Shown piece by piece: positions 12,421 to 27,240 of a DNA stretch of 64,000 nt; within the stretch, counting starts at the first letter, position 1; each line of letters begins with the position of its first letter. The position numbers were made by a program, and so were the translations under genes. A model generated the notes under the pieces. The model saw only the letters and a program-made list of their open reading frames with translations, did not search any database and had not been told where the DNA came from. This DNA is from Camelus dromedarius (Eukaryota), in NCBI RefSeq assembly GCF_036321535.1, contig NC_087438.1, positions 3,970,001 through 4,034,000 of the forward strand. The letters are read 5' to 3'.

Positions 12421-15400
12421 TAGCAACGTATTTTATGACACCTGATTGTGTTCAGCTCAGTCTCAAGTGATGGGTGTTCTGCATTCCAATGTCTGCACCT
12501 CAGTGAATTTGCATGATCTGAACCCCTTTTGGAGGCAATTTGTTCTGAGTCATCAGATTTAAGTGTCATCAAGCCGCTCCCAGAGGAGCAGAGATGCCCC
12601 ATGATTGTCCTTTCACGGGAACTGTGCACGACAGGGACAAGCCAGCCCCACAGAGGAGCAGTGTTGACGTCGACTCTGCTGCTGGTACTCAAGCGTGTTG
12701 GAATATGTTTATTTTCCTGAGGTTATTATTTCAGTAATAATACTGAAGTAATTTCTAGAGCAGACCTGGCTGTTAGGGATTATTACCTAGGACAAAGTGT
12801 TACATTTGAAACCTTCTAGTGAAGCATAATGGCCAAATCTTCATTTTGAGTCTCGTCCATAAATAATCTTTAAAGGTTTGTTTCATTGTATTTAAGGAAG
12901 GAAAAAGAGAAGGAAGAGGAGGGGAAAAAGGAAAGGAAACATCTTAAATTTCAGCTTAGCCATCAAGCTATATTGGTTTATATCACGCTTCTTCTAGCAA
13001 GATCTTCCCCAGGAAAAAAAAAATCTGATATTGATGGCCCGAATATAGATCTCTAGAAACTTCCCCTAAGCAGGCCTTGCATTTAATGGCCTTAAAGCAT
13101 ATACATTTGGAAGAGAGCTGCTCTGTGTCTCTGTGTCGTGCAAGCATGTGTATGAGGGCAGCAGGTGTTTGTGTGTGTGAGTGAGGAGGTGCTATGTTTA
13201 AATGCTGACTTCTGCCAACAGCAAACACCAATCCAGGTCTAATTTATGTGGGAACTGAGCAACTGGCATTTGGCTGAGCTGTCTGAGCACACCGTGGTTT
13301 TAAATATCATTTCAATGCATCAGTGTTCACCAAGAGTTCTTAATGGGATGTATAAGCGTGCTGATTTCAGAGGCTAGAACTCCCATGTTCACTGTCACAT
13401 AAAAGGCCCAAGAAAGGGACCCTATAAGCAAGGATTGTTATTGTTGTTACTGCTGTTGTTTGCTGTACACGACCTGGTTCTCTGCCTTGGATCAGATTCC
13501 CAGAACACACTCCCGTGTGTTTGCTTCTCTCTGGGCCTGATGGACCCATTCATGGTATAAGAACAGGAAAGACGTTCTGAATGACAGCAATTCACAACAA
13601 CCAAAGCATCTGAGTTCTGCATGTTTAAGGTGAGTTTTTTCTGAGGTGGTGCTCACTGTAACAGATTCTGGCCAGCCTTGGGGACATTGTCAGTGGCTGC
13701 CTGGAGATGGGCACAGCCCAAGATTAGGTGCTGAGCTGCCCTGATGGGTTCCAGGTGCTGAATGTTATATCAGAACAATTGCACCAGCAACAGTCCTTTT
13801 TAGTTGTAAGAAACGGGTCTTAGTCTAATGCCGCTAATTAGAAAAAAATTAATTGCTTGGACCAAAACTAGTCATTTGGCAGGATACCAATTATCTCTGT
13901 TGCCTTGTGGAAGTCCTGCTTAGAGGCAGGTAAACAAACTAAATTGCCTTTTTGGACTCTTTAAGCTTTTATGATTGTTTAAATAATTAATATACAGTTG
14001 AACAGTTTGATGAATTTCAGAAACAACTTATTTACTCTGAAATCGTGTAAGAAACAATTTTCTCTTTTTTTAAAGGAAAAGTCGCTCTGCCAGTGAAACA
14101 CACCGGAGTGGAAAGCTCATCCAGGAAAGAATACATTCTTTCCCCCTCACCTTAGACTCCCCAGCACGCAAACATCTGGCCTGAACTGTGCACCCACACA
14201 CCTGCTTTCATGCTGATCTATGTTTTTGACCAGATGGCAGAATGAGCCATAGCTGATCCTTCCATCTCTGGGAACCATAACACAGAGGCCCTACCTGTGT
14301 CCAGTTTGCATTACCTGCAATACGTAAAGCCCATCTTTCTGTCTGTCTCATTATTTGTCTTTCTTTGACTTTCTTTCTATCCATCTCTCTACCTGTCTAT
14401 CTAAACATCCATCTAGTTGTAACTAAAAGTAATAAGTAAATGAACACACAAGAAGCTACAGAGGGCACGTATCCTCCACAACATGATAAAAAGTACTTTG
14501 CACAGCACACAGCCTCCTCATTTCAAGAAATGTGTTTGCCTTCCAGCATTCAGAGAATCACGGATTCACAGAGTCAGAAGGCATCTCTGAGATTAGCGAG
14601 GGTCAGAACAAGGAGGCTCAGAGAAGGGAAAGAACTTGCCCAAACGCACCTGGCTTCTCGTCCTGGAACTGGAGGGAATTTTAACTTGAACATCTGGCCT
14701 GTATTTATTTCGATGGTCATCGCTCACCAGAGGAAGTTAACTTTACCAAAACACCACTCTTTTGCCCTAAGAGAAAGATTTTCTGTTTTCACATGGTTTA
14801 CACCGTGTGAAACAGCATGAATTATCTAAGGAATATTTCAAATTGTTCTTCATGATGGCGGTCCCAGCAAGGTGGCGAGAACAACCACAGGAAAGGAGCA
14901 AAAGAATATTTGATCTAAATCGAGCTCACAGTGCGGGGGCAGACGGCGCTCAGGCCGACGAACAGAGATGACTGACTCGTCCACTTCAGCGCTGCTCACT
15001 GCACCCAGGAGTCCGACCGCGAGGGCCAGGGAAGCCAGAGCTCTCTTCCGGTTTCATCAGCTGAAACGGTCTTTCTTTTTAACAGCGGGAAATTGCTATT
15101 TCTTCTATAATGAGGACTCTCACTCGTCGTTCTTTTATTTCTGTTTCTGTTTTTGTTCTGTAGTATTCAAAGATTATGAGTGGTCTCATCTCATTAATTC
15201 ATTGCTGGCAAGAACAAATACTCTGAGATGTGTAATTATGACAACTCTGGCACAAGTCTTTGGCAGAATCTGGGGGATTTTGTCTGCAATTCAAAAGTAT
15301 CCATGCCTGTGAAAATCCTTCAGAAAGTGAGCCACCAAATTACCTCTAACTGCTTTTATTATGTTGAACAGTCTGCTACCCAGAGCAATGCATACTGTAT

Positions 15401-18400
15401 TACAAAGGACATAAAAGTGGCCGTGGCTGGATGGTTATCCAGGTATTGTTTGAGTGTTCTGGACAGCGTTATAGTCCCAGACACAGGGGAGAGAGGCTTT
15501 TAGCTGCCCCACAGCATCCCTAACACGACCAGGGCTTCTCAGTAGGAGGCTTGGCTCAGTGAAAACTCTTTCAAACATGGATGGCCTCATCCCAAAGTGC
15601 AAATTCTGTCAAACGGCTCCTCTGTGCTGAGAGCTGCTCGCAGGGGAGATGCATGCGCATCAGCAACGCAGGACCTGGGCAGCTCTCTGAACCACAGCTA
15701 TTAAAATGTGAAAGTTTGACTCCACACGCTGACAGTTTCAGAAATAACTTTTACTCAACAAACAGGAACCATCTCCAAATAGAGAGCTAGGATTCAATGA
15801 CCTCACTCCCCCACTGCGTGTGTCGCCAGGCGTAGTTGGCAGCGGCACCCCGGGGTTCTGTCATGGCTCAGCCAAGAGCAGGATAAGCCGAGTCAGAACC
15901 CTAAGCCTCTAACCGTAGGCGAACGCAGTAGAGCACCTACCGTTGTAAACACGAACGCAACGTCTCTGAGCTTCGTGTTAAATCACAGAGTGTATTCCCT
16001 GTAATTAAAGCCCCAGATATTGTCTTCCATTCAACCTCACACAGACTCCATAAAAGCGACGTTAAGTAGTTTTATGAACTATTGTGAAGGTGCTGCAGAC
16101 ACAGGTCATTTCTTTGGCATCTCAGACGCAAGCTGGTTATTGAATTGAGCTGTGAGCGTGCACAGACGTAAAGGAGCTACAGAACATACACGTCAGGGCC
16201 ACTTCATTCCATCCTCCTGTGTCAGAGTTCGCAATGACGTCTGCTTTTAACGTAGTAAAAATTTGGATTAAGCAATCACTTTTCTTCCTGAGAAGTATAT
16301 TCACATTTTGTATAATCCTTTACTCGTAAAGAAGGAGGCTTTTTTTTTTTTCCATGTAAAGACTTTTTTGCGTGTCACCGCGACAAGAGTTCTGAGCAAA
16401 TTCTGTTGCAAGACATGGAATCATGGTCGAGATTTCCGCATGGACCATTCGTAATGTCTCTTTATTGCGGCTTCCAAGAGATGGAGAAAAAGAAGAAAGG
16501 TAAGCAGTGTGAGGAATGGCAGGGCCCTGGAGAGGCTTCAGGGAGGGGAAAAAGAGGAGAAACTGTGACCCACCTACACAAGAATCTTCAGAAGAAAAAT
16601 ATGAACAGAACCCTAGTGGGTGGGTCCTCTTTCTCTCTCCCTGCTGTGGTGTCTGCCTCCATTCCCACGGCAGTAACGTCCCCATAAATGTACTGTTATC
16701 CCATTAGCTTCCACCTAGGTGCTCTTATTTTAATATTTGACTCGAAAAAAGAACACTTCAAAGTATCAATGTGCCAGGTGATTTACACCCCTGAAGGGAT
16801 TCAAAACAATCTCACTTTCTCTCGCAGGTAAATGGTCTCAGTTCATTGGTCTCCTGCCGTGATTCTTCTCTGTTTGAGGAGGAGTGGTTGAAATCACATG
16901 CCAATGTACACGTTGCTATGAATTCCTCTGGCTTTTAGCACTACTTTTCAACTCTTCTAATGAGTCTTCTAAAAATTACTTTATTGCCTGCCTGACTTAG
17001 AGAAAATGGTGCTGCTTGATACTTGCTACTTTAACTCTCTTCCTAAACAGTCTTCCAGTCTCTTCCACCAGGTTCCTGTCATTCTGAATGTTTCCCAGGC
17101 TGCTGCCTGCCTCCAGCATAAAATGAGACCAAGTGAGCAAAAATATCCTGAATTTCCAAGGCCACTGCCAGTGCCAATATCTCCAGACCTGTTCTCCATT
17201 CTTCTCATTGCCCCTAGTTGGAAATTGTGACTTTGCTATTTGTAACCAAAGGATGCAAGCTCCACAGCCTCCCTGAAGCATGAACACACCTCAGATCTTG
17301 TATTTCTGGCCTTGCAAAGCTGGCATATATTTCAATCTGTTATTATAGCTCACGTGATTTAAGTTTTAAACCTTGTCATTATTTACATTTGTTTTGACAC
17401 GCGGAGAACTGAAATGACAGAGTCTACTGCAGCTGCGCCTTTGGTGTTTCAGCCATTTGTAGTGACTGTTTTCTCTTTGGACCTTACAGGCAATAATGAC
17501 GAGATGCTCATGTTTTCCTGAGTGAGAGATTGCTTGCTAAGAAGAAGGAAATTCACACACAACAAAGAAAATGAAGACTGATTGATGGGTCATATAAATG
17601 TTAGATGATTCATTATAATCTTTTTGTTTGCATCCTGAATTTTTCTCCCATCACTAAGGAATATGGGTTTTGTTGGCCTTATTATTTTGGAGGTGATTAT
17701 TTTCAAAGGAATGTTTTGTTTGTTTGGAGGGCAGCTTGCTCAGGCAAAAGCCAGTGGAAACGCTCAACAGCTGAGTGATGTGTGTGTATATGAGGAAAGA
17801 TCTTGGCACAACCTTGGGGCTTACACTCCATCACGGAGCAGCAGGGCACTGGGACTCCCCCCACTGTGGAAATGGTGTCTTTCCCTTGAGTGGCAGACGC
17901 CACAGCACGTGGCCCTGGTGGGGGCTGGTGAAGGCATGGACACATGTGAGGGCTGCCTGCAGGGCTGCGTCTGCATAAAGCACTGCAGGGCTTCCTGGCG
18001 ACCAGTTAGCTCGAGGGAGAGGGGCCCCCTCGGTGCTAAGACACCAGAACTGGTCTGAGTGAGGGCGACCCTGAGCACAGTTGGCATCCACCCTGCTGAC
18101 CCTTCCCTGGCCTGGCTGCCCAGTGACCCATTTAGAGGCGTCGCGTAGACGTGGGGCTGCACCTGGAAGAGCTATTCTCCCAAAAGCAAATGATGCCGTG
18201 AGACCCTAGCAGGTCCCTTTGGTCACCTACGTTCATTGCCACTTGAATTGGGGGAGGGGTGCATTCCTGTTCTTCCCCTCCAGCTGCAGAGAGACACCTC
18301 GTCAAACCGAAGACCTGGGGGTGGGGTTACAGCAGCCAGGCTGCCTGTACCCGCCTGAGGGTGGGGACACCTGACTCTCAGTGTCAAGGACAGCAGGGAC

Positions 18401-19489
18401 TGTCAGTGTGGTGACAGGCAGATGCCATGTGGGGGCTGGCCAGATGGCGGAGTGTGTGTGCATAGCCTCCCAGAAATGCACGCGTCATCAGGGAGAAGCC
18501 AGAGCTACGAGAATGTGTGACGATGGGGCCACTTGAGTCCCAGGTGAGGCTGGGGTCTCAGGGGACTCTTGTGCTGCTGTGGTCCAGGATGGCCCAAAGG
18601 GAGAGCATGCAGACTCATTTAAGTTGGAGCCTTGGACCCACACAGAAACCTGAGGCCTTTTCCCCCTGGTTCTCCCCAAGATTCCTTGCCGCTTGTGGCT
18701 CCTGCTTTGGGGTCTGGTGTAGTTCTGCAGCATGGGGCCAATCACTGCCCCAAGAATCTCACCACACCTGTGGTCTCTGAGGCTGATGAATCCAAGGAAA
18801 CAACCCAAACGGCCTTGCACCCAGACTCAGTGTTGTCCTGTGCGCACCTGCTGTCCTGTCTACCAACCAGGACACACCCATGGAAACGCCCGTCCCCGGC
18901 ACCTGGTGGATGGCAGAGGTGAGTCAGGCTTCCCTGTGTGAGGGCAGAGGGCTGCCTGAGAGGGGTTTCACGGTGTGCCGAGGGGGTGGGCTGAGGGGTG
19001 CTGGGAACTGCTGTTTTGCAGGCTGTGCATACTCAGAGGGCCCAGGCTGCCTGCCTGCTTACCTGTACAGCTGTATCAGTGGTCTTAATGATCCACATCC
19101 TTTCTTCCTTCAATCTTAGCCTCCTTTGAGATGCAAAAACGCCTACTGTCTTTTGAATATGAGCAGATTATTTTGAAAGCTACATGTCGTATCTCTTGGT
19201 ATCTCTTGATTTGCCTTAGAGTTCATCTTGATGAATAATTCCTTAGAGGGGGTAGCAGAGATGTGAAACAATATTTGCAAAGTTAAACTCTGTAAAATAC
19301 CTTATCACGCTCACAGGAGAGATCTGTAGGTCTAAATTGTGCAAATGAGTTTAATTCCTGTTTAAAGGGCTTCCGTTTAAATCCTCCCCTTATCCCTAAA
19401 GCATGCTAAAATTCCCAAAGACATTTGGGGAATTTGAAATGCAAAATCCTTCTTAAAGAGAATTCCTGTTTGAAGTAAAAGAATTGCAT

Positions 19490-19533
19490 GGAGACAGAGA
19501 CAGAGACAGAGACAGAGACAGAGACAGAGACAG
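19490..19533. repeat. (GAGACA)n hexanucleotide microsatellite
   Basis: About 7 perfect units. Confidence 0.95.
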
Positions 19534-20054
19534 AGGAGAGTCAGCACAGGAATCCGTACATCTGAACACTGTGCATCCAGCGACACTCTTTTCTGTATCT
19601 TTGCCTCAAATGTGATGCCTTGGACTTCAGGATATCACAACTGAGAAAATTAGTGTAGAATCAAGAGGACAGGCTCGACAAGCATTTAGAGCACTTTGCC
19701 AGAATTTCACTTTTAATGATGCGACTGCAAATGAGTGTGGGTTTGTAATTAGGAAGCAGAACAGATGGTGAAGTCTTCCTTTAAAGTGTTCATTAAGATA
19801 ACCTACACTGCCAAGTTACTGTTCCCGCTCTGAGGCTGCTGCTCAGTTGAAATGCATTGCGCAGAGATGAGGCGCAGCAAGGATCACTGCAGTGGGGAAT
19901 CTAGCATGGCTGTTTCCCCAGTGTCTGCCAATTTCCAGATGCGTGCAGGGTGGAGCCTAAAAATGGTTACAGAATATCGGAAGCTACAGAGCACCCATCT
20001 CATACACATGTGGTCTTTTAGCACTGTGTAGAGACACGCAGCTCCCCAGGCTAT

Positions 20055-20538
20055 GGGTCAGAGGCAGCCTCTCTGGGAGACCCATAATGCCCGCTCTGTG
20101 GTACCCTCCCCGCCGTGCGTGGGCTGGACTTAATGGCTGGCTCCTAACAAATAGAGCAGACAGAAGTGATGGGATCTCACCTCTGAAATTGGGCTGCAAG
20201 AACACTGGCTCCCACCTTGGGCACCATCTCTCACTTGCTCGGAGGGAAGCCAGCTCCCAGGTGGTGAGGTGCCCTATGGGAAGCCCAGGTGCAAGGAATT
20301 GATGCCTCTGGCCAACAGCCAGTGAGGACTGAGCCACCAACAGCCACGTGAGCGAACTTGGACGTGGATCCGACCCTGCCCCAGCTGAACCTTGGCTGCC
20401 ACCTTTTGAGAGACCTCGAGCCAGAGGAACACAACTAAGGCACATCCAGATCCTTGGCTCACAGACACTGAGATAATAGGATAAGAAATGCTGTTTTAAG
20501 TGTTGAGCAATTCATTATGCAGCAATAGATAACGAACA
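20055..20538 (+). mobile_element. MaLR LTR (MLT1E/F-like)
   Basis: gggctggacttaatg...ctaacaaataga...agaagtgatggga...gaggtgccctatgg...ggccaacagccagtgagg...ttatgcagcaatagataac. Confidence 0.75.
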
Positions 20539-21079
20539 CTCTCTCCAAAGAGGCAGGAGCCCAGAAATCTAAGGCTCATTTCCAATTATTCAATGGGCAA
20601 GTTGCCCACTTATTCTTTTTCTTGTTTTCTCATTTTATGTAATTACAGTTGAGCAGTGGGTTCCTGGAATCTCAGTGAGAACATGGGATGAAAGGCCTTG
20701 TCAAAATATTCAATAGTAATATATTTGGTCGAACTTTTACACATAATTAAAATGTCAAATTGATCTTCTGGAAAAGTAAAACAGACTGGTTATCTTTAGA
20801 ATAGATTGCCAGGAATCATGCGTTTTGGTATCTCTGTGACTGTAGGTGGAGAAACGTGCACACCGAGGTTGAACCTCGTGTCTGTGAAGACAGCCCTGGG
20901 TGTGGATGTGGGTGCAGACGTGCACACGCCGACGAGTGCAGAGCTGTTTTAGGGCGAACGCACTGGATTGCTCCCTGGCTTGTTTTATATAATTTGTGTG
21001 AGTCACAAGTGCATTCCAGCATCCGTTTTTCTACAGGCAGTACCCCATGTTTAGGGTAAAAGAAAAATGAAACTCCCAT

Positions 21080-21755
21080 GGGTTCCTTCCTGTCTTACTG
21101 GAGGGTCCCCTTGAGCCCATTTTTCTCTCTTGTTCTCTTTTTTCCAGTCTCTAAATGTTGGGATCCTTTAGGGCCCTTTCCTTAGAACTCTTCTTTTCTG
21201 TGTATTTTCCCCTTATGTGACTTCACCCAGTCCCAATCCTTAATCACTGCGTAACCTGCAGACTCTCAAACACACACATTCCTTCCTGAGCTCCAGACTC
21301 ATACATCTCGACACCACCATCTGGATGTCTAAAGGAAATATTCCATTTAAAGTGTCCAGAACAACACCCCTGACTTTTTTCTGCCAGGGTTCCCTCTGTT
21401 TCCCACTCAAGTCAGTGATTGGCTTGTTCACTGAGTCTCTCAGGCGGGGACAGCTTTAAGTCCTGAAGCCCCATATCCGAGCCTTGCCGGCTCTTATATG
21501 CTCTTGAAGGCATATAACAAATATGACCCCTGCTAACCAACTGCACTGCTACCAAGCAAGGCTAACCCACCAATAACTTATGCTTGCAATCCTGTTCTGG
21601 TCTCCTAACCAGTCAGAGGCTATTTGTCACCTGGTAGCCAGAGTGATGTGTTAAGACCATGTCTTAGATCGTGTCAATTTTTTTTTGTTCAAAACCCTGC
21701 AGTGTCTTCCTATCACATTTAGAACAGAAGCAAACACATTCTAATGGCTTTATTC
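21080..21755 (+). mobile_element. L2 LINE fragment
   Basis: tcctgagctccagactcatacatc...catctggatgtcta...; gtagccagagtgat...aaaaccctgcagtgtcttcc match recalled L2 motifs. Confidence 0.6.
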
Positions 21756-24239
21756 ATCTCATCTCAAACAACAAAAGATGGCTTAAACAATGGGATAATT
21801 GAAGAGCGTGTAATGAGAGAGCTGGGCTGTGGGCAGTGTTGAGAGAAATAACCACGTGTGGTGAGCCAGCCTCTCAGGCTAACGAGAGCAGGGTGAGAGG
21901 GAGAGAGGGCACTGCAGTGTGATTTGGTGCCAACCTGATTATTTTTTCAACTAGAAAACAAGAAGCAGGGACAAGGTTATGATCAGAACCTAGGCCACAT
22001 GTCCATTTCTCATGGGTCATTCTTTCCTGTTTCCTTTTATAAATAAAGGACAACACGTTTTGCATTTGGAAATCCAAGAATTTACAGATTTTGAACCCTC
22101 GTGTTACACCTTCCAGCTCTCCAGGTCTCATAGCAACCTGGGTCTCTCTGGGGAGAGGAGCGGTCTCTTGTTTACCCATCTCCGAGTCCTTGGTTGGCTC
22201 AGCACCTGCAACTCTTTAAATCAGGGTTGGTAAATGACCCATATAAGCTCTGTGGGGGCACGATGGACATAAACTTGATAGATGAAGTAGTTGATGGTCA
22301 AGGACTGGGTCTTAGAGTGTTGTGTCTAAAATCACTTTGTTAAGTGATGATCCACCAGATGTGTTGTTGCCACATAGACCTTTCATGTCACTGCAAGGTA
22401 ATCTGGCTTCAGTTTCCTGTTGAGGGGCAGGATATTCAATGACAACCAGAAATTTAACCCCAACACCGCTGAGTTTGGACACTGAACCTGAAAACCTGGC
22501 AACAGTCAGCACTTTCCAGTTAGGTCATTAGGCTCAAATAACAGCAATATAACAGTCAGCGAAGGAAGAAAGATGGACACAATCTGGTGCCAGATGCCTC
22601 GAGGTGACTGTGTCCAGAAGGAAACACCAACATGCAGCTCAAGAGAAGGCGAGTCACCCCAGTGCTTGCTATCCTCCACTGGCCCCCACATCCACTCTCC
22701 AGTGGCTTTCCTGACCTTCTCTGCCAGGGGGCTTGCCCGACACCACCCATCACGTGGGTCCCAGACCAGGGTCCTGGCTGAATGCAGCCCGCGGGAAGCA
22801 GAGCAAAGGTGGGAAAAGAGGGAGAGCTGGTGCTTCACCCCTGCATCCTGCAGGACTCAGCCCCGCAGCCCTCTGTGAGAACAGCTCCCTTGGGCGGTCC
22901 TTCCCAGTGGCCCTTTCTCTAGGGCCTGTGATCTTTCTGGACTCCAGGAGCTCTCGTTCCTCTAAAATCCTGCTAGCTCTCTGGTGCCACTGGTCTCCAG
23001 CATCGCTCCATTTGCTCTCTTACCCTTCCCCATGCTTCCTGCTGTCCCTTCATTAGAGAATCCTCATGTGACCACGGGCGCAATCTCATTTCCTGCCGGT
23101 GCCCTCAAAAACATGCATGGTTATTTCCCATATGCATGTACTTTGTACAGAATTAAACATTCTGAAGAAGGGCATTCCCTAAGAAACATGATAATCAATT
23201 TAAAGTTATGCTCTATTAAAAACATGAGATTTGAATTCTGTTCTATAAATATCTCGTTTTCCTTATTCCTGCAGTATTTGAATGTTGGAAATATAATCAG
23301 AATCGTTTTTGTCAAAAATACTTTCTTTCCCTTCATTTTCAAAAGGAGGTTTTTTAACTTGCTTACTCTTGGTTTGCACTACAGGATGTGGATGGCCTGG
23401 CATCCCTGAGGGACTCTTTCTGTCCCTGTGTTGTTTGAGGGTAAACAATTAGGTGAAGGTAGAACAGTTTTCCTTGTACTCAGGCCTTGGCTGCTGTTGA
23501 TGGTTTTAATATCTCATTAGTACTTGGCTTGATGGGGTCTGTTTACAACAGAACAATAAATATCATGTCATTTATGTGCATGGGGCGGGGGTGGTTTAAA
23601 AATGTGTGCCTAAGGGAGACAAAGAGATTGAGAGAGACAGACTACATGTCCCTACTCCTTCCTCAGCCGAGTCCTTATGTCCCCATTTTCATTTCCTGTC
23701 ACTTCCGAATCACCAGACCTATAAAGACAGGCAAGCTGCCTATCTGATAGCCTGGAAGCAGAGCCGGTGTTTCGGGAGGTCTGATGATTAGAACACGCAA
23801 GCAGAGCAATATGTGAGTGAAGAGAGAACTGGCATGGAACGGAGAGGGAGGAAGAAATAGATCACCGAGGAAACATAATCTATTACAGAGGAAGAAGGAG
23901 AGAAGGGAAGGTGGGTCCAGCGTTCGTTATTCTGCACACCTGCTCTCGGGAGGCTGTAGGGCGATGAGAACACAGGGACGCGATGAGGACAAGGGAGAAG
24001 TTTGTCAGTCACATCAGGTACTTGAGAAGATGTACAAGGTTGGAATCCAAGCTCCTAGTTGATCCATGTAGCCAGGGATATGCGTAGATTTGAGGGCAGG
24101 GATTAAAAACATCCTGCCAGAGAGCTCTGTTTCTACCTTGAAGTCAGAGGGAGGCAAGATCTTGAAATAAGAGAGAGAGAGGAGAGTGGTTGAAACGTCT
24201 CTTAAGACTCCTTTAATTTATAAATTCTCGCTTCATCTC

Positions 24240-25240
24240 TTGTTCATTTCTTCTCAGTTTATTAAAGAAAAGCACACTGTTCTATAGAGTTTCTCAGATT
24301 CTGAATTTTGTTGATTGAAATCTTTTGGTATCATTTTAATTTGTTTTTCAAATTATTTTTAAAAATTAAGTTTCCCTTTTTGTTCTATTTTTATTCTTAT
24401 CTTTTTTTAATTCTTTTTTTGGGTGGTGGTAATTAGGTTTATTTATTTATTTTCTTAATGGAGGTGCTGGGGAATGAACCCAGGACCCTCTGCATGCTAA
24501 GCACACACTCTACCACTGAGCCGTACCCTCCCCCACTTTTGGTATCATTTAGCAGCGTCCTCTTAACTACTGATAAACGGAGTTAGAGGTTTGATCAAAT
24601 TGATTTTTGCTTTTTTCCCCCCTCCCTATGTTCTTCAATTGGAAGGCACACAATGCCTGGCTGCCTTCACTTTGTGGAGTGAGCAGCCATTGGTGATCAT
24701 TAACTTGATCTTTTCATCTTTCAGGGTTGACAAAGTGGTGAGATTCTAATTTCATTATTCTGCCTTCATTTATTAGCTGGTGTATTTCTGTCTAGATGAT
24801 TTTTCCTTCTACCGTTCAGAAGTCAAATGACACAGCTTACAAGGGAAGTCAGGATGGGTGCTAGATTTTCTCTGTAATTACCAGTTTTCAAAAGAATGAG
24901 CTGGTTCCCTAGCGTCCTCCGACAGTGACCAGTTAGCATTTTCTTTATAAAATCTTGAGGAACTCAAAGATGTAAGTATTTTTGATGTTTCAATCCATTG
25001 CAGTTATTATCCTATTGACACTCAAATTTTCCCCTTTGTCTAGTGAGAACCCCTGAGTTAACAGTTGCCACTGAGCTATTTGAACGTGGTCCTGGCCATC
25101 TTCAGAAGCTACCTTACTCTCTGGTGCGACATAATGATTCACTATTATGTTGTATGTTTCATGCTTAAGACCTCAATTTGCTATTTCTCCGTGGAGCTGT
25201 GGCTCGTTTATGGGAAAGGGTGTTTTAAGACCACAGAATA
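24240..25240 (-). mobile_element. Ancient L1-like fragment hosting the SINE
   Basis: T-rich degenerate sequence with old L1-like motifs (gattctaatttcattattctgccttcatttattagctgg; ttcaatccattgcagttattat). Confidence 0.5.
24337..24535 (-). mobile_element. tRNA-derived SINE (camelid Vic-1-like) with 15-bp TSD
   Basis: Reverse complement GGGGAGGGTACGGCTCAGTGGTAGAG...GGGTTCATTCCCCAGCACCTCCATTAAG...AATAAACCTAATTACC has A- and B-box-like motifs and an AT-rich tail. TSD cttttggtatcattt at 24322-24336 and 24536-24550. Confidence 0.9.
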
Positions 25241-25569
25241 GTCATATTTTTAAAGACATGCATATACAGTTATTTCTTAATTCTTTTCCATTTTAGCCAT
25301 GATTTATTGATTTTTTTTTGAGATGCCTCTTGTTACTAGTTTATTCTGCCACCATTACCATCCTCAATGACACTGGCTTCTAACTCAAAAGAAGTTGGAA
25401 AACATACCATAATTTGTGTTATAATGATAGCAACATGGCAGAATCAAACCATCACAGAGCGTTTGGGTTTTCATGGCTGGTGATCAGCATGCTGATTTCC
25501 TGGTTTAGTACTGAAGACGGGATTTTAGCTGTCTCTTAAGCCCTTTTACTCTGCTCCCAACAATCATTT

Positions 25570-27240
25570 AGTATTTAAATTATTAAGACTAGGTCACAAT
25601 TCACATCTGAAACCTAGTTTTGTAATTACATTCTGTTTCTTAAACACCTTTTTGTTTTCTCTTGAGTTAATAATTACCTTGAACTTTTTTCTATGGTGTG
25701 ATTTTCTGAGTTTCTGTCTGTAACTGATCCCTAAACATTCCCCCCAAATAGAATGTCTTCTCATTAATTCAAACACATGAAGGAATCTGTCAATTCTCCT
25801 TCTCACATTCTTTTTCCTTTCTTGCGTCTCCTTTCTGAAAACTTCAGCCCGAGCTGTTTCTCCCTCTGGTGCTTTGTGGTCATCCTATTATTAATCTTCA
25901 CATTGCCTTTGCTTTTCTCCTTTTGAGAAATTCTGCTCCTTATATTCAATTATTTCACACGTTTTTTAAAAATTCAGTTTCTAGTTTTGATGGAGCATCT
26001 TTTCAAGTACAGTCTAAGAAAAATCCCTCTGGGTAATTTTTTTTTCCAAGTGTGAAAACCTCACCATGTGGCTGAACATAGAATTATAAATTGGAAATAG
26101 TTTTAAGAAATTTGAAGGCATTCTTTCACTGTGTCTTGACTAGTGTTGCAATTGATGACACCCTGCTTGTCCATTCTCTGTTTCCATTTATGCCTGTTTT
26201 CATGCTTTATCATCTTCATTATCACTGTTCTGAAACTTTCTAATGGCAAGTCTTCATTTCCATGTTAGGTGCCTCATGGTACCTTTCAATGTGGTGGCTT
26301 AAGTCTTTCCATCCTGGGAGTTGTATTTCTTTGACAATTTCTTCTTTTTCAATTCCCCCTTCTTTCCTTTCTGCAACTCCTATCAGTTGGACGGTACATA
26401 GTCTGAAACAATCTTCTAATATTCTTGCCATTGCTCTTTGTCTATTCATTTCTTTGCCTTTTTATTCTACTTTCTGGGCAATTTACTGAACTTTATTTTC
26501 CAACAAGCCGATTAAATTTCTTTTTTATTTCTGTCATAATGTTTTTAATATCCCAGAGACTATTTTTGTGCTCTGGATATTCCCCTCTTATAGATTACTA
26601 TGCTTGATGCAAGTTTGCAATCTCTTATCTCTCTAAAGCCATAAATTATAATGGGTTTTACTATAAGATTCTTTTTTCCTGCTTTGGCTTTGTCTGTTTC
26701 CTCCAAGTGCCTTTTTTCCTGTTTTCTGTTCTCTATATTTCAAGATAGGACCTTTCTTCATGTATTTTGATCAGGGATGTCTGCCTGAGAGTGAGACATT
26801 GAAACTGATCATTGAGCCCTGCATGGACATTGCTTACAGAGTGGTGGCCTTCATTGCAGGGAAACCAAGTTAGGGAACCTTTGACTATTAGTCACACTCG
26901 CCGACTTCCCTGGAAAGATCTTCCAGCCTGCTGCCCGAGCACATGAAGCTGGCCACCATCATACTGACTATTGAGAACAGGAGGGTCTGGCTCCCGTACT
27001 CAGTGAGTGGACATTCACTTGATTCTGTGTTTTCAGTATGGTTTCCTGCTGACTCATGCCTGGTGCCCTCCAGTGCAGATGGGAAATCTCCAGTCTTGTG
27101 CTGATCTGGAGGAGGGGAGGGGCTCTGTGGATCTAGCTGCTTCTAATGCACATTTTCACCCCCTCATTCTGTCTTTAGACATCCTCCACCCCCATCTTCA
27201 GAAGTACCAGAGCCCATCCCCAATTCCTGAAGTCTTCTAA
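25570..27240 (-). mobile_element. Ancient L1/HAL1 ORF1-region relic, antisense
   Basis: Minus ORF 26240-26449 VQLIGVAERKEGGIEKEEIVKEI...LSHHIERYHEAP resembles ORF1p LCIIGVPEGEERSKGIEKVFEEI...IQVQEAQRVP of the young copy. Confidence 0.65.

Noticed and set aside
24454..24535. tRNA-like sequence (also at 50185-50258)
   Set aside because: Both have A-rich tails, the first has a TSD, and neither forms a full cloverleaf; they are SINEs, not tRNA genes.
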